From the human T2T-CHM13v2.0 reference genome, Homo sapiens, in NCBI RefSeq assembly GCF_009914755.1, contig NC_060930.1: DNA of 64,000 nucleotides; one strand, given 5' to 3'. Of the stretch, positions 1 through 14,860 are shown in pieces. The translations under genes were made by a program, and so were the position numbers. The notes below the pieces were generated by a model that worked only from the letters and a program-made list of their open reading frames with translations, made no database searches and had not been told where the DNA came from. The number at the start of each line of letters is the position of its first letter. Within the stretch, counting starts at the first letter, position 1.

Positions 1-1300
1 TTTGGGGGCTGGGCCGGGCCGTAATGGCTTCTACCTGTAAATGAACCCGAAGAGAGACTCTCTACCGTTCCTTATCATCCTCTTGGGGCACGGGACACGT
101 GGTAGGGAGAGAGGTGTGGAAAGGCCTATGATGTAATGACTTCCTGCAGTTGGGTATCCAAAGAGATTAACTCCTCTGCCCCTGCTGGGCTGCTGATATC
201 CAGCTGCTTTCCTCTTCCTAGGCACCTCCCTGGCCCCTTCCCCCAAGACAGTGTGTGTCAGTACCAGGCCAAAGAGTCCTGTGCGATTGGAGATATACAT
301 CTCTTATCAGCTGCCCATATTTGCAATTTAGCTTAGATTTTTTTTTGTTTTGTTTTATGTAAAAGAAGTAGTTGCTTCCTCCTTCCCTTTCTTCATTGTC
401 ATTGGGGAGCCCTCTGTCTTCCTGGGTTTCAGGAGGTATAAAAATAAGAACAGTTTAATCTTAGTGGAGAATTCAATGGAAGCACTGGAGACGAGCCTGT
501 AGATGAAAAAGTTAAAGAACTTAATGTAGAGAATGTTTTATTTTGCTTCTAGAAAACCCTTGCAAAGTTAAATACGGCTTATATCAGAGAGGCTTTGTAT
601 TAGATACTTTAAAAGCAAAACACGTGTGCTTTGATATTAATCCACTAATGTGTCTCATTTCTTTTAACAAATGCTTACATTATGAGTCTTATATTTGGTT
701 TAATTCAATTGCTTTGTAAAAGAATGCCAGGTGTATGATACGAGAGTTCTTTACAGAAAGGATGAAAGTTAGACAATTCCATTTGAAAAGAGCACTAGTG
801 TGATATGTTTTAAAACTGGGTTTCCAAGTGGATGGGAAGGGTTAATCAGTGTATAGTATCAGGAAGGCGTAAGCGGACAGGATCTGAGAACATGGATTTG
901 GGGGTTCGAAATGTTTTTCAGATTTCTCTCACTTGAAATTTAGTCTTGCATGTTTGAATTTGGTGAGGAGAATACGTTAGTGAAAAGTTAGTTAACTTTA
1001 AACTTAGTTAAAACGTTAACGTAGGAAGGCGTTTTCACCTTTCCTGTGATTTTTAAGGTTACAAAAATAATTTAATTTCACAAATATTTCTTGTTATTTT
1101 GTTTATAGTTAAATATAATAAGTTTAATGAACTTTATTTTTGGGGGGAAGATTTACATGAGATAATGGTATTACCAAAAGTAGCCGCGAATTGAGATTGG
1201 GCTAGATACATTTTCATATAGTTTGTAGGACTTGCAATACAGATTTTGGGACTAGTCATAAACTTTATGGTTTTATGTCATCGTTTTTTTGTCTTATGGT
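1..1300. promoter_or_regulatory. CpG-island shore downstream of the FOXO3 promoter/first coding exon
   Basis: GC-rich first ~300 bp (gggctgggccgggccg). CpGs are retained in otherwise AT-rich DNA to ~1300 (ggcgtaagcgga, ttcgaa, acgttaacgt, gccgcgaa). Confidence 0.55.
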
Positions 1301-1964
1301 TTTTTTTTTTTACCCTTCTCTGCTATCTCATTTCTCTTCAACTAAAATCTTAGAAAATACTGTAAATTGAAATTCTCAAGGCTTAATATGCTTAATACAG
1401 GGCACACATTTTATGATTCTTTTACCTTAAAATTTTTTACCAATTCCATTTCTGAGTGTCACATGACAACTAATCCTTGACGACTAAAGGGATATAATTT
1501 TGTTAGAGTTTTTATAAGATGATCTTCATCAAAAGATGCAGCCATGCAGGAACTTTCAAATCTTTGATGATGGAGAAGGCCCTTTGAAACTGGAGCTGGT
1601 TTTATATTTTGATTATGACTAATAGGCAACCTTTTTTTGTGTGTGCTTGTGGTTTAGTGGAAGAAGAGGGAAAAGGGAGAGATCAGGAGCTAATTGTGAC
1701 CCATTTCCAAGTGTCCAAGTTTAGGAGTTGATTCTTGTCATGATTAGTCATTTTGGAAGCATGCATGTGCATTTAAACCACACTACTTTCATTCTGAGTA
1801 ATGTAAGAGGATTTTTAACTTCCAAAAATGTCTAGAATTCAGGTTAACGTCTCCTAGTCATGTGTGCATAAAGGGCACGGTATGCAGGGCCTTACTTCTT
1901 TTCAGGCTATTTGGGCCATTGCATTATGAGACCTTGTAACCAAAATTATCACCCTAACATCATA

Positions 1965-2290
1965 AAATGAAAGAATTAGAAAAGAGGACTTAGAGATCAG
2001 AATCTAAATCAGTGGTTCTCAGCCCTGGTTGCATGTTTGAATTACCTGGGAACTTCTGAAAAATACAAATACCCAGAGAATTTGATATAATTTGGCTTGT
2101 GTGTGGCTTAGCATTGATGGTTTTGTGTTTTGTTTTTTTTTTCAAGTTTCTTAGGTGATTCTAATGTATAGTTAGGATGAAGTTTTCTGATCTAGTTCAA
2201 CCCTCTTATTTTACTGGTGAAAAACCTGATTTTTGGAAAAGCTAATGACTTTCTTAAGATCACACAGCTAGTTAGTAGAGAGGTAATTAG
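1965..2290. mobile_element. MIR relic interrupted by MER5B
   Basis: MIR-like segments (cttagagatc; tctagttcaaccctcttattttactggtgaaaaacctga; gatcacacagctagttagtagag) on both sides of the MER5 element. Confidence 0.6.
2010..2189. mobile_element. MER5B-like hAT-Charlie MITE
   Basis: Starts CAGTGGTTCTCAGCCCTGGTTGCATG..GAATTACCTGGG and ends AGGTGATTCTAATGT..CTG. Degenerate 8-bp hAT TSD atctaaat/atctagtt. Confidence 0.75.
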
Positions 2291-2979
2291 TAGCCACAGT
2301 TCTAGAGGTTTTTGTTTTCCATTTTCTTCTTTAAATTGATCTTTTTTAAAAGGTCATTTGCTAGGTAATGGATAGTCTCACATAAGTAGCGCTTGCTTTC
2401 CTGAAAGGCTTATTTGCCTCTCAATCTAAAAACATCTTGCTTATTATTTCAGCATCAAAAGGATGGGCAAATGTAGATGGAGGCTGAGTGAGTGTATCAT
2501 GTTTGCATAGCTGTCCAGTGCCTGTCAGTAGGGGTACTTAGGAACTATGAAGTGATAAAAGAGGTAAGAAGGATAGCATTTTAACAAAAAGAGGAAGCCC
2601 TTGGTTACTTACATTTGTCAGATACTGTGTCAGGGAGAAGGATGATGACTATCTCACAGGTTCCCTTACCTCGGGCATTAAAGTAGAAATGAACAATCAG
2701 ATGTGGTTAAGAGGGGAAAAGGTTACATTTCCTTTAATTCAGATTAAGCTTGCACTGCACCCATGATTGAACAAGTGAGTTCTCTCAGTTCCTCTTGTCT
2801 TGGGGAGACCTCTAAGGACGCCAGGGCTTACCTGGTAAGGCCTATCTATCACTTATTTCGTTATACACAGCACACATCTGCTTTTCCCATGGGTCAGGGT
2901 GTAATCAAATTAGGCAGACTTGAGTTTCTGTAGTGGTTCCCATAATTTCACAAGTGTGGGGGATACTGTGTTAAGATTT

Positions 2980-2997
2980 CTGCTGCTGCTGCTGCTG
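2980..2997 (+). repeat. (CTG)6 trinucleotide repeat
   Basis: Directly visible. Confidence 0.95.
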
Positions 2998-3859
2998 CAG
3001 AAGATAATTCTTCAAGAGTCCGAGTCTTCTTTCATGTAAGAATGTGTATTGTTATGGCTTCTTGCCAAGATAAAAAGATGAGGGCTGTCCTGTCACATAA
3101 TGCTTATTTGTGTCCTCACTGTTTCTGTTCTTTAGATTAATACATCCAGTTCCTTTTCAACACACTGTATTAGGAAAATGTTATTTTAACTGCAACTCTG
3201 TTTTAAATTTTTTTTTAATTTGAAAATGACTAAGTCATAATCATTCCACATTGGCTCATAATTTTGACCTCAGTCACCTTTTGGAGTAACTCACCAAAAG
3301 GCCAGTTATGGTCGTGTGTGAAGAATCTGTCTGCTTGGCCCGTGTTGCCAAAATGTCGTTTTGTAATTTCCTTTGGCAATAGTGTCTTCGTCAGTGATTC
3401 TCAACTAATATACTTCCTCTTTCTACAGCCCCAGTACACTAGAGGGACTGTTTTTCCTCTTTTTCAAAGCTGTGTCATTGACCTCTGAAGTGAAGAAATT
3501 GGCCCTTTTAGACTTTGATCTGTGAGTCCCATGTAACAGAGACTCTTTAAAAAAGAAGCTAAGTGTGTGTTTTGATATGTTTATCTCCTTCTTAGAAAAT
3601 GAAATGAAACTACAGCAGACTTATTTTTAGGAGATTTTAGGAGTGTTCTATTTTAAGAAAATGACACCATACAAGAACATCTTTTAGTTAAACTTCTTAG
3701 TACTCTGCTTGTGATTCTTACTTAAAACCTGCAAGATACTTTTATTTGGAAAATTAATGAAGAGGCCTTGTCTCACTAATAAGTCATTTAATTTGGTCTG
3801 GCAAAAGTTTACCATCCATTCAAAGATCTTCATGAAAATGCAAAGATAAGGCTGTTTAG

Positions 3860-3924
3860 GCTTGAGCCCAGGAGTTCAAGACCAGCTTGGGCACATAGCA
3901 AAACCCCATCTTATTTTTTTTTTA
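3860..3924 (+). mobile_element. Severely 5'-truncated Alu monomer fragment (FLAM/AluJ-like)
   Basis: gcttgagcccaggagttcaagaccagcttgggcacatagcaaaaccccatct, flanked by aaggctgtttaggc/aagactgtttaggc TSD. Confidence 0.8.
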
Positions 3925-4279
3925 AAGACTGTTTAGGCCTGTGCATTCTGGCAGGTTGCCCCACTTACCCAGAGCAGGTGCATCAGATTCCAGATTCCCA
4001 GGGCTGGAGAGAATATGGAATTTATTTTGTTTGTATACCCACTTATTTTGCCTATAGGGACAGACTTGACCCTATTCTCAACTCCTCATTTCTCTCCTTT
4101 TCCTGCATCACAAATTGAGGGGTCCTGAAGAGCCACTTTACCTTTTTGGTGCTATAAAAGGAGCTGGGGATCATAAATGCAAAGACGAGTTGATATCAGT
4201 GGATGTTACAGCTGGTATACAGTAAGTGAATGAAAGATTGGAAAGAGAAAACCCTTTTTACCCATTTGCATCACATCCC

Positions 4280-4430
4280 ATTTCATGTATTCAACAAATG
4301 TTTATCAAAGGCATGCTGCTTGCAGAGCATTTGCCAGGACTTAGGGATATAGTGGTAGCAGAAGGCAGATAAAGTTCCAGTTCACTCACAGGAGTTCATA
4401 TTCTGATGGAGGAGACAGAAAATAAGCTAT
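4280..4430 (-). mobile_element. L2 3'-end relic
   Basis: cattt..tattcaacaaatgtttat..gggatatagtggt..ggagttcatattctgatggaggagacaga, typical of an L2 3' end. Confidence 0.6.
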
Positions 4431-4839
4431 AGCATATCTGTGCTTTGTGAATTTGTCATTGCTGCCTATTCCCGTTGCCTTTTTTTTACATCTGTATTTC
4501 TGCTTTCTCTAGTACTTCAACTCTGCTAAGAAGTTGCTGGGAAGTGGCAAATTTGATGTGGGGCATGGCTTGGAGCTGGCCTTTAACTCTCTGCAGATCA
4601 TTTTGAGCTTGCTTTGGAGATGCAAAACCACCGTACCATGGCTCCTGTGGATTGGGTCTGTTTGGGAGAAGCTTTGGTTTTCCAAGCTCCACCTGGATTA
4701 GATAGAGCACATCTTTGGCCCTGGACTGATCTGGGATCCCCAGTTCTGTCTCCCAGGGCCTGATGTAGATCTGGCCTTCCTCTGGAGTGGATGTGGAGCC
4801 TTGATGCCACTGACTCATCTGTATTACTTGTTGCCTAAA

Positions 4840-5550
<711 letters not shown>

Positions 5551-7280
5551 TCTCTCTTTTTTTTTTTTTTTTAAAGCGTGTGTTCATACCACTGTACTGT
5601 AGTGTCTACTGCCTACCATTGTGGTTTCACAGCTGTTCATCTCAGTGCTGTTTGCCTCAAGTTCTTCAAGCTCTTCACTTGCTGTCTTCTGCTTCTCCTC
5701 CCCTCTTCTAGGCTAGCTCGCACTGGAGTCGCTGTGTTTCTCCTTTTGTGTTCTCCATCAGCACTCTCTACTTACCTTGCTAAATGCCTTTTCTTTCAAC
5801 GCCACCTTACCCTGCCCACCCCATGGCTGCTACCTGTTTATTTTGTCATTTTGCTAAGACTGTTGAATATTTTTAAGCACAGTATAAGAGGCTTTAAATT
5901 AGGGAATGTGTCTGCCAGACAAATAAGTGTTTCTAATATTTGGAGCTGCTTTTTGGATTTTATAATCAACCCATATGGATAGCCTTAGTTCTGGGGCTGT
6001 GACTCTGAAAGGGGCTGATGTGACTCAGGAGTGAGCTGGTGTCATGAGTGGAGTCTTTTGGATACTTGCAGCTCTGAAGGTGGCATCAGCTTTAGACCTC
6101 CTAGCATCGATGTTGATGTGATGTGGTGTAAATGTGAGATGATGCTGTGCTATCTGGGGTTTCTTGCAGTGCCTTGTTACCCAATGCATAAGTCTCTGAA
6201 AACTCCATAAGTGTCCATCACTACTTACCACAGAAACTGAAGGAAGCCTGATCTTGGGATGACCTTGTTGCATTAAGAGAAAAAGGAAATGAAGTTTGCC
6301 ATCTGTATGTAAACCCGCTATTTGTATCATCAACATGCAGTGTCGAGAAAGTCACCATAGAATTGTTTTGCCTAAAGTTTATTTTACTCACTTTTAGGAA
6401 CAAAGCTGTTATGTAAAGCCTTAGTTGTTTGTAATGTTCTGCATTTTGGGGCAGAAGTCCCAAATGTACTTCAAGTTTTCTGTCCATGGATTGGGAAATA
6501 GAAGTCATGTATGAAAGGAGAGGAGATAGCAGACAGTCTTTGAGATGAACTATTTCAAGGACCAGTCTGCAGTTCTTCCAAGTTAGAGTTCTGAATATGT
6601 GGTTAGGCTAGTGATGATGATAGAACACCCCAGTTCTGACTGCATCATTGCCCAGACAGACCCAGTATCTTTCACCATTTTATTCCTGACCAAACAACGT
6701 TCATTTCCCAGTATCTTAGTCTCTCCTAAAGGAAAAAGAACTACGGTAGCTGGCATCCATAGAGTACTGTGATGTACCACTCTTGGTAAAACGGAAATGT
6801 CTGATTGGAGTGTGTTTCAAGCCAGGCTTTTCTATAATTCGCTTGTTCCACTTTTCACTCCTGAGTTTTTGAGGTTTTAATCTTGAGACTTTTTCTCTGC
6901 AGTGCCTCAGTTACTACTATGGAATAACATAATAAGCGAAGAGGATGACTTCTCTGCTGGGCTGTGGTTCTTCTAGTAATTCCGCTACTCCTGGGTCATT
7001 GCCTGGGGTGAGGAGGCCAGGTTATCTTCTGGAGGCTCACCACACCTTGGTGTCCAGATGTGCCCTAGGACTGCAGTGGAGAGGTGAGCACAGAGTAAGG
7101 AAAGCATGTGGCACATGTGTAGGGGGCAAGGCTGGAGCAGGAAGTAAACTCTCCCCCAAACAAACAAATAAACAAACAGCATACATTACCTTCCTTCTGG
7201 AGTGAACCTATAGTAAACCCAACAGAGATGTGTTTGGCAGTTTTCAGTACGTGTTTAGGAATTTGTTTGAAAACCATTAG

Positions 7281-7644
<364 letters not shown>

Positions 7645-7654
7645 CCCTTGTGTA

Positions 7655-7973
7655 TTTTTATTTTAAATTTTTTATTTGAGACAAGGCCTTGCTCTGTCAC
7701 CTAGGCTGGAGTGCGGTGGCACAATCATAGCTCTCCACAGCTTCAAACTCCTGGCTCTCTCTGTAGAGAGCTATGATCCTCCTGCCTCAGCTGCCCTAGT
7801 AGCTGGGACTACTAATGAGCGCCACGACACCCAGCTAATTTTATGTTTTTTTTGTAGAGATATGAGGTCTCACTTTGTTGCCAGGTTGGTCTCAAACTCC
7901 TGGGTTCAAGCGATCCTCTTACTTGGGCCTCCTAAAGTGCTGGGATTATAAACATGAGCCCCTGCAACCAGCC
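7655..7973 (-). mobile_element. AluJ
   Basis: gagacaaggccttgctctgtcacc..ggcacaatcatagctc..ttttttgtagaga..caagcgatcctc; diverged J type. Confidence 0.85.
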
Positions 7974-8724
7974 TTCCTTGTATTTCAGATGTCTAGTGAA
8001 GTTAGTTAAGTTAGCCCTTGAAGGTATTGAGAATTTACTTTAAATTCAGAGCCAGCAGAGGGAGTACACAAGTCTTTAAGCTGATGTCAAGTATTTTTTT
8101 CTCCACACAGCTAAAATAATACCTTGATTATTTTTTAAAGAACTCTGATATATAGTGTTTCCATGTAAGTTTATTGTCATCATTAGAAAAGGAAAATTTA
8201 GGAGAGGGGGTGTGGAGATTAAAAACTTAAAGCAAGTGTTTTAAAGGAAACCCTGGTCTTCTAAGACCCATGATTTACTTCCCACTCCTAGATCATTAAA
8301 TGAGAGTGCTTTTAACTGAAAAATATCCTCCCCTGCCTTTCATCTTTTTGCTACTCAGTTCCTGATACTACATGTTCATTTATACCTAACACCAAATTTT
8401 TACAGAGTAGTCACGTGTCTGGATCAGTGGGATGTTCTGTGTTTTAGTGCTATTTTGATTGGGACTTTTGATATTTTCCAAAGCTTCACAGTTGCTCATG
8501 GGTGAGAGAAATGTATGTATGTATATTGCTCTCAGGTAAGAGAGAAAGGTAAGGTAAAAAGTAAGAACAACATTATTTCCAATTCAAAAATGAATAGTCA
8601 TGGATCTACAGGAGACTACTGTAACTTTGAACTTTTTGTAATTCTGTAATGCTATATCGGTTTCTCACCTCCCTCCACTATGCCCCATATTTTGGTGGTG
8701 GGGGTTTATTTTTGACATGGCAGT

Positions 8725-9172
8725 TGGAGAGGGTTAAATAGAGTTCCTCTAAAATTCATGTCTTCCTGGAACTTTAGAATGGTGACCTTATTGGGAAATA
8801 GGATCTTTCCTGAAGTAATTAGTTAAATTAAAGTGAAGTCATATCGGCTTAGGGTGGGTCCTAAATCCAGTGACTGGTGTGTATAAGAAGAGGAGAAAAT
8901 ACATAGAGACCCAAATAAGGCCGTGGGAAGTTGGGGACAAATATTAGAGTGATGCAGTTATAAGCCAAAGAACACCAAGGATTGCCAGGAGCCGCCAGAA
9001 GCTGGTAGGGGCAAGAAAAGATCCTCCCCTAGAGCCTTCCCAGGGAGCATGGCTTTGCCAACGCCTTGATTTTGGACTTCTAGCCTCCAGGACTGAGAAA
9101 GAATGAATTTTTGTTGTTTTAAGCCCTGAAATTCATGGTAATTCGTTATGGCAGTCCTAAGAAAGTAACCTA
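8725..9172 (+). mobile_element. MLT1 (MaLR) solo LTR, MLT1B/C-like
   Basis: aaattcatgtc..gtgaccttattgggaaatagg..ccagaagctgg..ccttgattttggacttctagcctccag..tgttgttttaagcc..gttatggcag hallmark blocks. Confidence 0.85.
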
Positions 9173-10074
9173 GGAGCCTAGGGATAGAAGAGTGGGAATG
9201 GCACAGTTGCAGATGGAGAAGAATAAAAAGACTTTATTTAGATTCAAATCAAAGTGTTAATAATCATTCATAGGCTACTTTCTTGTCATCTACATTTTGT
9301 CTTTTTTTAATCCTGCAGTGAGGACAGAGGGAGGCATGAATTTTCCTTGATTTCCCAGTTAGAGCTACTAGAACATGTCCCTCTTTTGCATTTTGAATAA
9401 GGTGTGTCCTTCCCCCTAGTCCCCCTCCTTACTGAATTTCTTTTTCTCTGCCTGTTTTGTGAACTGACAGTATGGCCGTGCTTGTTGATTGTGGACTTGA
9501 GGTTTACAGTAAGTCCATGAAATCTGGCTGAGGGCTTTGGTGTAGAAGAGTCTGTCTTTGAGGGGAGGGGAGGGAGAAGCCAAGGATCCTCAGTGGAAGA
9601 ATAGTGTGGAAGAAGAAGCCTCCTTTTGGCCCTGTCAGGGCTTGAGAAGATGGAGGCATACCATGTTCACTGCCATCAGTGATGGTAGTAAGGCTAATCC
9701 AAATCTCTCTGGAGTCCCCTCAGTGTGTCCTATGGTTGGTTCAAGCCTTGTAGAGTCTCACACACTTGGTCCTTCAGGCTTATGTCTGCTCTGTTTATAT
9801 TTACATTCAAAAAACCAGCTCTTCTTTTAAAGCATAGAACATGGAGTGGTTGTCCTCACAGAAACAGCAGCAGTAGCAGTAGATATCTTGTAGGTACCCA
9901 GTAGGTGTTTGGCTTGAAATGTTCAGACATTTAAGAATCAGAATTGCATCTGTTTATTCTCATATTTTAAAATTATATTTTTGGGGAGGGGTGTCAGGGT
10001 TATATTAGAGATATGTGTAGTTTTTGCAATAAAAAGAGTCTACACAAGACATTTTCTAGCCTATTTATACTAAT

Positions 10075-10265
10075 AATGACAATAATAGTAGCTGTGATTT
10101 ATTGAGCCCTTATTATGTGCCCGTTACTCAACTAGGTTTTTTATGTCTAATATTGATTCTATAAGATAGGCATTTAAATGTAAGCCTCAGTTTAAAGACA
10201 AGGAAATGGTTCAGGAAGGTGAAAGTAACTTGCTTGGGATCCAAACCCAGGGCTCTCTGACTTGG
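10075..10265 (-). mobile_element. MIR relic
   Basis: aataatagtagct..tttattgagcccttattatgtgcc..gtaacttgc..gggatccaaacccagg..tctgact. Confidence 0.65.
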
Positions 10266-10351
10266 GAGCATCTGCCTTTTCTAGTATACTTTCCTGTCTC
10301 CTGGAGTGTGGGTGGGACTTTGGGTGGGGTACAAGAAATTAAAGAGCTTTT

Positions 10352-10695
<344 letters not shown>

Positions 10696-10773
10696 CTATG
10701 CTGCATTCTTTACCTCTATCCCCAGGAATCCCCACCTTAATCCTTCTGACTCCATCTTGAATGCTCATCTTCA

Positions 10774-11203
<430 letters not shown>

Positions 11204-11217
11204 AGACTTATGATATT

Positions 11218-11520
11218 GGCCGGGCGCGGCGGCTCACGCCTGTAATCCCAGCACTTTGGGAGGCCGAGGCAGGTGGATCATGAGGTCAGGAGTTCAAGAC
11301 CAGCCTGACCAAGATGGTGAAATCCCGTCTCTACTAAAAATACAAAAAATTAGCTGGGCGTGGTGGCACATGCCTGTAATTCCAGCTACTCTGGAGGCTG
11401 AGGCAGAGAACTGCTTAAACCTGGAGGGGCGGAGGTTGCAGTGAGCTGAGATCACGCCACTGCACTTCAGCCTGGGCGACAGAGCGAGACTCTGTCTCAA
11501 AAAAAAAAAAAAAAAAAAGA
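11218..11520 (+). mobile_element. AluS (Sg/Sc-like)
   Basis: GGCCGGGCGCGGCGGCTCACGCC..ggatcatgaggtcaggagttc..poly-A. Confidence 0.9.
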
Positions 11521-14500
11521 AGAATTAGCGCGTACCTGGGTCTTTAATGGGAGAGTAGGAATGGCTTGAGAATTCTGTCAGAAACCTGTTGGTTTGGTGA
11601 TTCTGCAGTTCTCTTTGGTCACTGCCAGGTGTGACCATGGTTTACTATGGGTCAGAGGCACAGTGTATTATTTAGAAGAATAGAGTGACGCATGGTAGGT
11701 AGAAATCTTTTGGGATGGGGCCTTATCGCAGAAATTTCTGTGTTGGGACAGTAGGATATCTGTGCTTTTTATAGGCTTCAAGCACGTAGATGAATGCAGG
11801 CAGCAACATCAAGAAAAGCAGATTTCAGGAAAAAAAAACATTTACAAGGAGTTCTTGGCAGAAGTTTTGCTGCCAAATCAGAAATCATAATGAAAGATAT
11901 TAAAATTATTTTGTGAGGTGGTCGTCTCTTTGCAGTGCAGTTACTGACGGGTTTAAGAGCAGGCTGCCAAGATAGAGACAGAAAATGTTGCATAATGCAA
12001 GTTGCTGGCCAGGTTAGTGTTTATCTCTACTGAAGAGCCTACTTGCTTTTGTCTTCAAGGTAAAAATATGTATGAATAAGACCTAAAATGGTGGTTTTAA
12101 TTGGCCACAGGAAGGCAGTGCCGTAAGATAAAATGTAGTTAACAGAATAGAATGCTAATTATCCCATTTTGTTCTGTGTATGTTGGAAAAAAATTACAGA
12201 ACTCTCAGTTTCATAGTAAAGATAGGTAAGTAGTGTCTGGATAATGTCCAGAGGATAGACTGAAACTCTGTGATAAACGTGAGCAGGCAGCAGGATGCTA
12301 CCTGATAACTGAGTATAACAGCATGCAGGGGAGGACTGTGTGGCTGGAGGCAGCTGCAGTAGAAGTTGGCAGTGCCACTGTGGACTTTTAAAGGGACAAC
12401 TCTGGGTACAAGCCTGAAGTGTAAGGAGGACATAAAATTAAATACAATTGAGCTTGTCTCCTTGAAAACTGGTTCTCTCTTTTTACTACATTAAAAAGAT
12501 CAAGTGGACAGTTAAGTCATTAATTCAGGTAATTCCAATCACAAAACTACTTTTTTCCTGAAGTGTCCTAATCATTGATTTTTAAAAATGATATTTCTTT
12601 CATCATAAATTATCAGCATAATTGCTTTGGTTCCATATTTCATATTAAGCTTGGGCTGAGTGATGTTTAAAGCCTCCTGCTTACCTTCCCCCCTTTTCTT
12701 CCTATTTTATTTTACTTAATACCTAAAAAAAAAAAAAAGAAAAGAAAAAAAAACCTCGATGTAAATTATTTTCTTCTGATACTGTGATGGTTTCATAGAG
12801 TAAAACACTTTCCTTAGATCTCTTCATTTGAACATTTCCTGTTGATAAATCACTGAAAACAAAACAAAACTACCTAATTTAAAAGCGTTGCGATGGGTCT
12901 TCCAGAGTTTTTATCTTACACATAGCTGTTCTAGGGCTTCCCACCAACATTTATTTCCAAACCAAGGACTTGTTTATCTCATCCTTCATACTTTTGCATT
13001 TCAGTCCGAATTGGATACGGGTTTTTGTTGTCTTTGTTTTTGCAGTAGAAAAACTTCAGTTGGTAGGATGAAAAGGAGAACAAATCTTTATTCACTTTCA
13101 GTATAGTTCCATTAACAGTATTAATGTGCCATGTATGAATATACCTGTCATGCAGACTGAGGCCCACAGACTAATAACATTTTGAGCAAGATAATTTTAA
13201 GTAAAAACTGAAGCTCTGAACTCAAACATTCTTTCAAATTTCTTTAAAATAATAATGATCACTTAGATGAGGTGCATCATTTATGTAACCCTGAAAAGCC
13301 TGGAATTGACTTACGAAAATGTCATAGGCCTGATTATTTTAAAGTTATCTTCGAGCTGATGCTGGTGTGAGCATGTTTGCTTTAGAACACATGGACTCTT
13401 AAGCTCATGATAGATAATTTCCTAGGTGAGCTAGTATACTGTTTCTTGAAATTAGTGGCCTTGATCAGCCCTTCTCTCTCCAAGCCTGTCCAATAAAGAT
13501 AAGTTTACAGCCTTCTTTTTGAATAGACACATGTCCTCTGCTGAACTGAATTATCTAAATCAGTCCTATTTAGTCTCCTCCCCTTACAAGAAAGATCCTT
13601 ATTTCAGACTGAAAGACTAGGTGATTTGGGCCATATTTTAGGTTTTATCATACTTACCCTTCATGTCATTTGTTAAGGTCAAGTTCAGCATTTGACTGTG
13701 GACATAATTTTTAGTAGGTGTTCCTTGGGAAGAGGCTTATTGGGAAGAGAAGTTTATTCCAATAGTCTCATAAAATCAGTGAATGCTTTGAGTTAATTTA
13801 TCAGCAACCTGTGCTGAATAAGCAAGGTGCCATGTGTTAAATTAGGAAAGGTAACGTGCTGCTAGTGAAAACTGTGTCTTCTAAGTTGGCTTTAAAATAA
13901 ATTGTTTACCAGATTAATGTTTCAATCAAAAATTACAATTCTCATTTTTAAGATGCAGCTTTATCCACATCTAAGTTTTCTCATCAGCCAAAAAAAAATT
14001 TAAATGGATGAATCTGTTTAGCTTATAATGCAGTGGAAATACATCTGGATTTTTATCTCTGGGCTCCCAGTGTTTGCCCTGTTGATGTGAGCAGAGATGA
14101 TTTTCACCTGACATCTTTGTTGCCTGCTTGGAGAGTCCTTGCTCTTTCCATTGACTGAGTAGTTCTAGCTAGTTTCTTTTGTGTTCATTGTTCTGCCTTA
14201 AACAGGATCATAAAGCTTTCAAAAATTTTTTTTTCAGCTTGTTACCTCATGTGTCTGTGCTGGCCAAGAAGGAAGAGAAGAAAATAACTTTATCATTTGC
14301 ATCACATGATTTTACAGCTTTGAAAACCCATTTGTCAGTGTGGTTACTGGGAGGATGATTGCAGCTATTGAGTGCTCTGAGAGTTACTTCTTTAATCTCT
14401 TCCCTCTTCTTTCCCCGTTTAAAAAAACAGTTAATTTTGCTGAGGGAGAAATTTTATTGTTTTTTTGGTATATGATTTCAAAGTTGAACCTTTAAATGAT

Positions 14501-14860
14501 TTGTGAAAAGTTAAAAGTTCTTTGCCCCAAGTTCTTAGTAACTCTTCTAAAAAAAAAATAGTATACCTTATTAAGAGGGTTTCCTGGCATGTTCTTTGGA
14601 CTGTTACCAAGTCTTTGGCACACGAGGGTACTTCCTTGATCGTCTAGCCATTTCTGATTTTTGAACCTGAGACAGCCAACATTGAGTTGATCTCTAGATC
14701 AGCTTTACAGAATCTAACATAGTAACCTCGGTTTCACTTGTCCTGGGCACTCCTGGCTGCTGTTCCATTTTTGTCTTTTCCTTTTATATCTACTACACAT
14801 TGTCTAAAGAGGGCTTATTCCCCTTCTCTTTCCTATCCACTGGTCACCTTACTCCAACAT

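Noticed and set aside
976-1025. Cluster of small palindromes (aaagtt-agtt-aacttt, acgttaacgt)
   Set aside because: Short AT-rich stems expected by chance; no stable hairpin or recognisable RNA fold.
2980-2997. (CTG)6 as an expansion-type repeat
   Set aside because: Too short to be notable.
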